Origin: Fonticula alba ATCC 38817
Lineage: Eukaryota; Protista; Nucleariida
Reading direction: 5' to 3' (one strand)
Assembly (NCBI GenBank): GCA_000388065.2
Contig: KB932217.1
DNA: 17,290 bases
The position numbers were made by a program, and so were the translations under genes. The notes beneath the pieces were generated by a model. The model was not told where the DNA came from. It ran no database searches and worked only from the letters and a program-made list of their open reading frames with translations. Positions 1 through 8,349 of the stretch are shown one piece after another (position 1 is the stretch's first letter; each line of letters begins with the position of its first letter).

Positions 1-172
1 GTGTGTGTGTGTGTGCATATGCGCGTGTGTGCATATGTGCGTGTGTGCGTGCGTGCGTATACACGCGTGTGTGCGTGTGTGCATATGCGCGGACATACAT
101 ACGTATACACGCGTGTGTGCGCGTGTGCGTACATACATGGCCGTGTGTGTACATACATGCGCGTGTGCGCGC
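1..172. repeat. Degenerate (GT/GC/AT)n alternating purine-pyrimidine microsatellite inside an IleRS intron
   Basis: gtgtgtgcatatgcgcgtgtgt... alternates R/Y almost throughout, with breaks only near 90-91 and 139-142. It lies downstream (minus sense) of the GTGCGT donor at 249. Confidence 0.9.
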
Positions 173-249
173 ATGGTTGGCGACCGGGTGTTAGTCGGCA
201 GGAATGGCGGCCGCGAGCACACAGCCACGCGTTGGGCGGGGGCACGCAC

Positions 250-3200
250 CGTGATTGAACTGGAACCGATCGTAGGCGCTGGCCGCGTCGTCGACATACT
301 GCGCCAGCAGGTGAAGCACATACTTGTCCGTCTGCCAGCGGCCGGGAGGGTTAGCACCCATGCGCAGGCCCCGCACGGGAGGGAGGCCGGTTGGGCAGGC
401 AGCCGGGGGCGGGGGGGAAGGGCCGAGGAGAAGAAGACGCACCTCGCGCAGGCGCTCATACGGCACGGCGTCACGCCCAAATTCAAAGTCATACAGATTC
501 CCCAGGATAAAGCGGCTGGTGTTGCGCAGCTTGCGCATGGTCTCGCTGATCCGGCCTGCGGCGGAGTTGCAGGGAGGCGCCCCGCCACATGGTCAGCACG
601 CGGGCGGGCCTTTCGCGCGAAATGCCAAGACACCAAAGCCGGGAGGAGCAAAAAAAGAAAGAAAAAGAAAAAGAAAGGAAAAGCCCCGTACCGATGCTTA
701 CCGGGCCGACCGACACATCGGACGTGTACTCCACCGAGGAGGCCCACATCCGCAGGACATCCGTCCCGTAGGCCGGATTCGACTTGAGATTCTGCCAGGC
801 GAGCGCCGGCAGCGGGGCCGACACAACAGCAGCCGCGGCATGTTAGCATGGTCGTCCACAAGCCGCCGGCCGGGCCCGCGGCCCCAAGCCGGCACCCGGC
901 ACCCCGAGAACACCCGGGAACGCACCTTGCCGCCGAGGATAAAGTGATCCGGCTCCAGGACGTTGCCGATGGACTTGCTCATCTTGGCTCCATTATCGTC
1001 ATTGATGAACCCATGCGTGATGAGGGTCTTGTAGGGGGCGATGCCACGCGAGGCGACTGCGCACAAACACCGGTCAGCAGGGATGCCGCCCAAAAAGGAG
1101 GCAATCGGGCAGGACCCTACGCCCGCAGGCCGGACACCCTCCCGAGGCCCGTGGGCCATGCTGGCGGGGGGCGGGGAGGAAAGAAGGGACGGAGGAAAGC
1201 CAGAGGGAGGGCGGCATTTGCGAACGCACTCGACGTCAGCAGCGCCGACTGGAACCACCCGCGGTGCTGGTCCGACCCCTCCAGGTACACGTCGGCCTGA
1301 ACCGGGGCAAAGTCGCCCTGCACATCGAGCGCCGCCGGATGCTCGGCCGGCAGGGCGCCCAGCTCCTCCAGCCGGTCCAGCAAGTGGGCCCACGAGGTGC
1401 CACTGTCAAACCAGACGTCCATCGTGTCGGTGCCCTTTTCGTAGAGGTCCGCTGGGCGTGGCACAGGCGCTCGCGGTCAGTGAAACGGCGCCTCCCGGCC
1501 GCCCCCTTCTCCCGGTCCCAAGGGGGGAGACAAAGGCCGCTCTGCTACGTACCCTCGGCCGCCAAGCCCGGCGGCAGGAGATCCCCCACCGGCAGCGTCC
1601 ACCAGGCATCGGTGCCGCCATTGCGCAGAAGGACATCCCGCACGTGCAAGACCGTTGCCTCGTCCATCAGCACGGCGCCTTCGAGCGTGGAGACATTGGG
1701 CAGGTGAGTGGGCATGAGAGAGGGAGGCAGCAGCGGCGGCGGCGGCGGCGGCAGGGGGGGGGGGGGGGGGGNNNNNNNNNNNNNNNNNNNNNNNNNNNNN
1801 NNNNNNNNNNNNNNNNNNNNNNNNNNNNNNNNNNNNNNNNNNNNNNNNNNNNNNNNNNNNNNNNNNNNNNNNNNNNNNNNNNNNNNNNNNNNNNNNNNNN
1901 NNNNNNNNNNNNNNNNNNNNNNNNNNNNNNNNNNNNNNNNNNNNNNNNNNNNNNNNNNNNNNNNNNNNNNNNNNNNNNNNNNNNNNNNNNNNNNNNNNNN
2001 NNNNNNNNNNNNNNNNNNNNNNNNNNNNNNNNNNNNNNNNNNNNNNNNNNNNNNNNNNNNNNNNNNNNNNNNNNNNNNNNNNNNNNNNNNNNNNNNNNNN
2101 NNNNNNNNNNNNNNNNNNNNNNNNNNNNNNNNNNNNNNNNNNNNNNNNNNNNNNNNNNNNNNNNNNNNNNNNNNNNNNNNNNNNNNNNNNNNNNNNNNNN
2201 NNNNNNNNNNNNNNNNNNNNNNNNNNNNNNNNNNNNNNNNNNNNNNNNNNNNNNNNNNNNNNNNNNNNNNNNNNNNNNNNNNNNNNNNNNNNNNNNNNNN
2301 NNNNNNNNNNNNNNNNNNNNNNNNNNNNNNNNNNNNNNNNNNNNNNNNNNNNNNNNNNNNNNNNNNNNNNNNNNNNNNNNNNNNNNNNNNNNNNNNNNNN
2401 NNNNNNNNNNNNNNNNNNNNNNNNNNNNNNNNNNNNNNNNNNNNNNNNNNNNNNNNNCCGAGGGGGGGGAGAGAGAGAGAGAGAGAGAGAGAGAAGGGGG
2501 GGGGGGGGAGGACACCCACGCAGGAGGGGAAGAGCACGGGAGAGGGAAGGGGGCGCCCTCCGGGCCCCCACCCCGGCGCCGGGTGTGCTACGCACCGAAG
2601 CTGTCGAAGTTCATGCCAAGGGCCCGGCACCGGACATAGTCGTCGAGCCCGTGCGCCGGGGCCGTGTGCACCAGCCCGGTGCCCGAGTCGTCGGTGACAT
2701 AGGTGGCATCGACCACCGTAAACAGGTGGGCCGAGGGGGCGCCCGGCCCGGCGGCCGCACACTGCCCGGCATACGGGGCCGTGTACCGGCGGCCGACCAG
2801 CTCGGTCCCCGGGGCCGAGGCCAGCACCGTCAAGTCCTCCTCGGCACAGCCGAGCTCCCCGGCCAGGTAGCCCACCCGGGCGCGGGCCACCCACACCGGC
2901 TGGCTGGGCTGCTGGGCCTCCGGCCCGGCTGGCGGCCGGACCAGGACATACTCCAGCCCGGGGCTGACGGCCACCGCCATGTTGGCGGGCAGGGTCCAGG
3001 GGGTGGTGGTCCAGATGAGCAGCGCCGAGTCATGGGGGCACTTCTCCAGGGGGAACTTCACCAGCACCGACCGGCTGACGTAGTTGTCGGCATACTCGAG
3101 CTCGGCCTCGGCGAGGGCGGTGCTATGTTTATGTGCGTGTGTGCGTGTGTGTGCGTACGATGTGATGTGATGTGATGTGATGTGATGATGCATGTGTGTG

Positions 3201-4218
3201 TGTTGCGTACGGTGCCATGCGTCGCATGCATGGGCCACATTGAGAGCACACATGCGCGCCAGCATGCGGAATGCGGGGCGGACGAGGCACGTGTGTGAGT
3301 CGGGCATCCCGGCGCACAAGAGAGCCGAAAGGGAAAGGAAAGGAAAAAAAAAAAAAAAAGACACCCGACGCAGGGGAGGCCCCGCCCCCCCACGCACCGC
3401 GACGCAGGGGACCAGTACACCGGCTTGTAGTCGCGGTAGATATTCCCCCGGGCCACCATCTTGGCGAAGACCGTCAGCTGGGCCGCCTCAAAGCGCGGGT
3501 CCAGGGTCTGGTACGTGTGCGCGGCCAGGCCCTCGTCCGACAGATCGGCCAGGATGCCCAGGCGCTCGAAGACGTCGCGCTGCTCGCGGATGGTGCTCAG
3601 GGCAAAGTCCCGCGCCAGATGGCGGACGTCCATCGGCGAGGAGCTCGGCGCCGGGGCGCCAGCCGGCGGGTCGGCCTGCTTGCGCTTCTTGCTGGCGGCC
3701 TTCTGCCGCTTGGAGAAGGCCTCCTGCGCCTTGAGCTCGATCGGCAGCCCGTGGCAATCCCACCCGGGGATGCTGACCACCCGGTCCCCGCGCAGGAGCC
3801 GATACCGCATGACGAAGTCCTTGAGCACCCGGTTCAGGCAGTGCCCCATGTGGATCCGGCCATTGGCATAGGGCGGCCCATCGTGCAGGACAAAGGTCCG
3901 CCCCTGCCGGGCCGGGTCCGCCAGCTGCTGGTGGTACAGCCCGGTGGTGGCCCGGTGCCGGAGGAGCGGCTCGCGCCGGGCCGCATCCGCGCGCATCGGG
4001 TACTCGGTCTTCGGCAGGCAGAGGGTCCGCGAGAGGTCGGTCTCGCCGGGGGCCGGGGGGGCCGGCTCCGGCGCCGGGACCGCCGAGTACCGGGCCGAGG
4101 GCCGGTCAGGGCCGGGCGCCTCCGCGCCATGCGCCGCCAGGGCCCGCGGCAGCAGACCGGCCAGGGCCGGCCGCCGGTGATGGAGGTGGTGTTGCTGCTG
4201 CTGGAGCAGGCGGAGCAT
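250..4218 (-). CDS. IARS2: Isoleucyl-tRNA synthetase, bacterial/mitochondrial type 1 (spliced; 3' end beyond window; part hidden in N gap)
   Basis: Exons 4218-3398, 3122-2596, [gap], ~1678-1553, 1451-1230, 1056-926, 791-692, 555-443, 331-250, with GT..AG junctions that keep the frame (continuity across the gap cannot be checked). Motifs: [16 protein letters not shown] (HIGH), [93 protein letters not shown]. The Arg/Leu/Ala-rich N-terminus with almost no acidic residues ([29 protein letters not shown]) resembles a mitochondrial transit peptide. Confidence 0.96.
1772..2457. other. Assembly gap (686 N) within the IleRS gene
   Basis: Run of N preceded by G18 (1754-1771) and followed by a G run and (GA)n. 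Confidence 1.
3159..3189. repeat. (GATGT)n pentamer microsatellite in IleRS intron 1
   Basis: gatgtgatgtgatgtgatgtgatgtgatg next to (GT)n, within intron 3123-3397. Confidence 0.85.
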
Positions 4219-4935
4219 GATCGGGTGGGGCCAGGCTCCAGGGAGGAAGATGAAGGCGATGAGGAGCAAGCGCGAGAGGGGGGGGGGGGGCAAAGGGGGA
4301 GAGGGGGAAGTGGGGCCGGGCCGGGAGGCCGGGCCGCATCGCCGGGCCCGCCGAAAGGTCTGCTCTCCGTCTGTGCCCCGCGACGGAAGGGCCCGGCCCG
4401 CCGCCGGCCGGGGTGCCGGGCCAGGCAAGATCGTCCGGAGGCCGCCCCTCCCGCCCGCCGGCCCGCCATCCCCGGGGCCAGATCGGCGGCCGACGCGACC
4501 CCGGGACCCGGGCCCCGGCGCCCCACACACGTGCGCGCCGGCGCTCGGTCGTGCGCCGCGTTGGCACCCGCCCAGGCCCGGGGCCGTCGGGCCACGCAGC
4601 GCCCGGCGCAGCGGCGGCCGATCGGCCGGGTGCACAGCTGGATGCGGGCGGGGCCGGCGAGCTGCCCGGGCTGGGCCGGGCCCGCGCCCGGGGAGTTGGT
4701 TGACCCCCCCCCCCCCCCGTTCCCCTGTTCCCTAGATCGCGCCGAGTCCCAGAAGAGACACCAGCCGGCACTGGCGCACCGGCTCGCCCGCCGGCGTCCT
4801 GGCATCCTCCACGCCAGCTCTTGGCCCTCCTCTCCTTCCCCGCTCCCCGCTCTCCGCTCTCCGCTCCCCGCTCCCCGCTCCCCGCTCTCCGCTCCCCGCT
4901 CCCCCCCCCCCTCTGCCAACACGTTTATACGCGCT
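4219..4935. promoter_or_regulatory. Probable bidirectional promoter between IleRS and the membrane-protein gene
   Basis: Head-to-head start codons 717 bp apart in a CpG/GC-rich spacer. Inferred from gene geometry only. Confidence 0.5.
4838..4900. repeat. Heptamer tandem repeat (CYCCGCT)x9 upstream of the membrane-protein start codon
   Basis: Nine consecutive ccccgct/ctccgct units followed by a C run, ending 35 nt before ATG 4936. Confidence 0.9.
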
Positions 4936-6078
4936 ATGGCCAGCCTCTCGCGGGCCGTCCACATGGTGGCTATCCTCCTGGCGCTGCTGGCACTGGCCGC
5001 CACCGCCACCGCCACCGCCACCGCCACCGCCACCGCCACCGCCACCGCCACCGCCACCGCCACCGCCACCGGCAGCACAGCGACGGCCTGGCCGTCGACC
5101 ATGGACGGCAGGCCAGTCCCCTGGCCGGCGGCCCTGGCGGCCCTGGCCGAGGCCGGGGCCCGGTGCGCCCTGGCCGACCGGCGCCTGATGCACGCGAACC
5201 TGGGCCTGACCGACGCCCTGCTCGAGGACCGGCTGCCGGCCTATCAGCTGGGCCACCTGCGCGCGTACCTCCCCCACGAGCAGGCGATCCGCCTCCGGAC
5301 ACCGGGCAGCCTGCACGGGGCGGACGAGCCGGAAACCCGGGCCCTGCTGGGCGCCCTGGCCGCCGGGGCGCCGGATGCCACCTTCCGCCAGGCCTTCCCG
5401 GCCTTCGACTTTGCCGAGCCGCTGGCCCCGATGGCCGAGTCGTTCCTCCGGCCCGGGGGCCCGGTGGCCGCCGGGGATGAGGGCCCCGGGCCCGGCACGG
5501 CCCCGGGCCCGGCTCCCCTGGCCCCCACCGACCCGGTGGTCCTGCTGCTGGAGCTCGCGGTCCGGGCGGCGCCCACCCCGAGCAAGGACCGCCCGGCCGA
5601 CGTGGCCCCGGGCTCGGTGGACTTCCTGTGGGAGGTGGTGCTCAGCCTGCCGGCCGATCTGGCCGCCCGGGCGGGCCCCTGCCTGCGGGGCGAGGCGGCC
5701 CCGGACACCGGGGTGGCCGCCTTCGGCCCGACCCCCCGCCGCATGGGCGACTGCCAGCACCTGCGCGACACCTGCGGCCTGACCGTGCAGCATGTGTTCT
5801 GGGTCAACCCGGCCACCGGCCGGCGGCTGGGGGTCCGCCTGCCGGCCGACCGGTACCTGTCGGCGGCCGACGAGCAGCAGGCCGCCGCCACCCGGCGCCG
5901 GCGGGGCGCCCTCCGTCGCCTGCTCGGCTGGGTGGCTGTCATCTTCGGCGGGGCGGCTGTCCTCGGCGGGGCGGCCTTCATTGTGGCCAGCTTGCTGGGG
6001 CTGGAGCCGGCTGGCCGAGTCCGGCGCCTGCGTGCCGGCCAGGCCGCCCCGGCGCCCACCGGGCCCAAGGAGGACTGA
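4936..6078 (+). CDS. Hypothetical single-pass (type I) membrane protein, 380 aa, intronless
   Basis: Starts at ATG 4936. Signal-peptide-like MASLSRAVHMVAILLALLALAA, then (AT)12, a ~290-aa region with strongly GC3-biased codons and Cys residues (CALAD, CLRG, CQHLRDTCG), a basic patch RRRRGALRR, a hydrophobic TM LLGWVAVIFGGAAVLGGAAFIVASLLGL, and a short tail ending TGA 6078. No family recognised. Confidence 0.8.
   Translation: MASLSRAVHMVAILLALLALAATATATATATATATATATATATATGSTATAWPSTMDGRPVPWPAALAALAEAGARCALADRRLMHANLGLTDALLEDRLPAYQLGHLRAYLPHEQAIRLRTPGSLHGADEPETRALLGALAAGAPDATFRQAFPAFDFAEPLAPMAESFLRPGGPVAAGDEGPGPGTAPGPAPLAPTDPVVLLLELAVRAAPTPSKDRPADVAPGSVDFLWEVVLSLPADLAARAGPCLRGEAAPDTGVAAFGPTPRRMGDCQHLRDTCGLTVQHVFWVNPATGRRLGVRLPADRYLSAADEQQAAATRRRRGALRRLLGWVAVIFGGAAVLGGAAFIVASLLGLEPAGRVRRLRAGQAAPAPTGPKED
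4999..5070 (+). repeat. Coding hexamer repeat (GCCACC)x12 = (Ala-Thr)12
   Basis: Twelve perfect gccacc units, in frame directly after the predicted signal peptide. Confidence 0.97.
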
Positions 6079-6600
6079 GAAAAAGAAGGCAAGAGGGAGG
6101 GGCGGAGGGGGGGGGAGGGAAAGCCGCGGGCGTGTCCCCCCGCCCCTCCCCCTGGGGCCGGGCGGCTGCCTCCCTCCCTCCCCGCTGCCGACGCATGTGT
6201 CGGCGGCGTGTGCCGGCCCTTTAACCGTGTCCGGCCTCCGGGGCGTAACCCAAATAGAGCAGCACTTGATGAACGGCAGCCGGGCCCCTGGCGGGCGGGC
6301 GGGCGGGTGCGCGGGCGAGTGTGGCGCAACCGGGCGCGGGCTGCCAACGCGGCAGGTTTCCCGGCGGCGGGTCAAGGGGGGGGGGGTGGAGGCCGATCAT
6401 CTTTTTGCGGCTCGGGTGGAGGGGGCCCGCGGCCGGATCTCGCGAATGGCGGCCAGCTCCTCCTCCCCGCCTCCCCCTTCGTGACGTGTTTCCCTTGAAT
6501 GCTGGAGTGTGCCCTCCGCCGACGCTTGTCCTCTGCCGACGTTTGTCTTGTGCCGAGGTTTGCCTTCTCTTGAAGTCTGCCCCCCGCCAAGGCCTGCACC

Positions 6601-6648
6601 CCGCCAGGAACCCGCCCTCCGCCAGGAACCCGCCCTCCGCCAGGAGCC
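6601..6648. repeat. 18-bp tandem repeat (CCGCCAGGAACCCGCCCT) x~2.6
   Basis: Units at 6601-6618 and 6619-6636 plus a partial unit 6637-6648; ends about 25 nt before ATG 6673. Confidence 0.85.
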
Positions 6649-6672
6649 TGTCCCCGCCCCCATCTCTGCCCC

Positions 6673-7744
6673 ATGGATACCGACGCGCCGCTGGCGCCCG
6701 GCACGCCCAGGACTCGGCGCCACACCCCGGCGCCGGCCCTGCCACGCCAGGTGGAGGCCCGGCGCTTCGCCACACACTTCCCCAAGAGTCGGTTTCGGCC
6801 GCGGTACGCCGCCACCGCCCCCGGGCCTGCCCCCCTTCCCCGCGGTCTTGGCCGGGGCGCTGCCCTCACTGACCGCGCGCCCCTGCCCCATGGCCGAACA
6901 GCGCCCGCGACGGGCCTCTCGTGGAGGCATACCTCCGGGCCTTGTCCAGCCAGGCACACTCCTCCTTCGCCTTCCACCAGCGGAACACCGGTACATCGCC
7001 GCCCCCCTGCCGGCCCTGGCCTTGCCCTTGAAGACAGCCCCGTCGCTGACTCCTCGTGCACATGCACGCGCGCGCGCACACCCGGCTGGGCCGACCCCTC
7101 GCCCCTCTCTTCCCCTCTGCGTCGCAAGGCTCCTTCCGACATCTGCACGCGTCCAAGGCGGCGCCCCCCTTGTCGCTGACGATTGATCGGTTTCTCTTCG
7201 ACCGCATCGGTGCGCCTCCCCCCCCCCCCCCCCTCACCCTCGGGCCGCGCGCTGCTGCTGACCCCCCTCCCTCCTCTACGCCCTCGCCCTGCGCGCGCCC
7301 ATATGCCCGGGGAAACAACCCCCCCCCCCCCAGGCGGGAATATGTATGCCCAGGCCCGGTGCCTGCCCCGCGAGGCCCAGGCCCTTGCCCAGGCGCGGCA
7401 GCATGCCAGCCAGGCGCGCTTCGCCGGGCAATTCTTCGGCCGGCCCGTGGCGCTGGTCCTGCCGTACGCCCATGTGGCGGCTCTGCGGCAGGAGCTGCTG
7501 CTTGGAACGGCCCCGGTGGCCGGTGGCCGGGCCGAGATGCTGGGGCTGCTGGCCGGCCGGCCGGTTGACATGCCGGCCGCCAGCCCGCCGCTGACCGTGC
7601 ACCTGCGCCTTGGCAGGTAGGTGCCCCTCTGCCCGGTCCTCCTGCCCTCTTGGCCCTTCTTTTCCGCTCGCCCCTTTCACTGGACTTCGCTCGGGCGCCT
7701 CGGCCTGCTGACCTCCCCCCCTCCTCCCGGCATCTGGCCCCGGA

Positions 7745-7802
<58 letters not shown>

Positions 7803-8203
7803 AGCTGCCTCGCCTCGCCCCTGCCCCCGGGCCCCGAGGAGGCCGGGTACTTCATGTTTTGCGACCACTTCTACTTCGACGACCCGAGCCCCCGACGGCC
7901 GGGCGTCTCCGGGGGGCCGGCCGAGCCGGCCAGAATGTCCCCCGTCCCGGTGATGATGACCAGCGCCCTTGGCCCGGGGTGTTCCCGCCAGCCGGGGCCA
8001 GCGGGCCACAGGCTCCGGACCCCGGGCGCGCCGCCGGCCCGGTGCCGCCTGGCAGCCCTGCCCAGCCGGCGGCAGCTTCCCCCGGGCCGGCGGCACCGAC
8101 GACGCCCCCGGCAGCCGGCCCCGACCTCGGCCCCCCGCGACAGGCGCGCCGGACCCCCTTCATCCCCTTCGGCGGGTCGCGGGACTTCCTCCGACAAACA
8201 TAG
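6673..8203 (+). CDS. Spliced hypothetical protein with possible MPN/JAB-like segment; 3' end uncertain (8203 via a frameshift or tiny intron, or 8444 read straight through)
   Basis: Exons 6673-6803, 6902-6990, 7334-7616, 7805-... join in phase through GTACGC/CAG, GTACAT/CAG and GTAGGT/CAG, each intron with a CTGAC branch site. The product reads MDTDAPLAPG...FATHFPKSRFRPRARDGPLVEAYLRALSSQAHSSFAFHQRNTGGNMYAQARC...FFGRPVALVLPYAHVAALRQELLLG...EMLGLLAGRPV...LTVHLRLGSCLASPLPPGPEEAGYFMFCDHFYFDDP. The start codon is not certain. Confidence 0.68.
7747..7800. repeat. (GCC)18 trinucleotide repeat at the 3' end of intron 7617-7804
   Basis: Eighteen perfect gcc units, followed directly by gcag (acceptor AG 7803-7804). 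Confidence 0.95.
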
Positions 8204-8349
8204 CCCCCAACTCCGGGGACCCCTCGCGCCCCCCTTGGCGGTGTGGATGACAAAGGTGGTGGATAAATGGAAAATAGTACAACTCCCCCAAGTGCCAGGG
8301 GAGGAGGGGAGGGGGGGGGGGGGGGGAGGCGGGGCCCAGGGGGCGGGCA

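Noticed and set aside
3820-3890. [12 protein letters not shown] as a mupirocin-resistance-type HIGH variant
   Set aside because: HMGH keeps the normal HxGH pattern; the neighbouring substitutions do not support any resistance claim.
3271-4935. N-terminal 555 aa of the 935-aa ORF 3271-6078
   Set aside because: It is largely antisense to IleRS exon 1 and crosses the divergent spacer; it is stop-free only because of high GC. The credible start is ATG 4936.
4999-5070. (GCCACC)12 as a tandem Kozak array
   Set aside because: No unit is followed by ATG; the tract is in-frame coding sequence, so the match to the vertebrate Kozak is coincidental.
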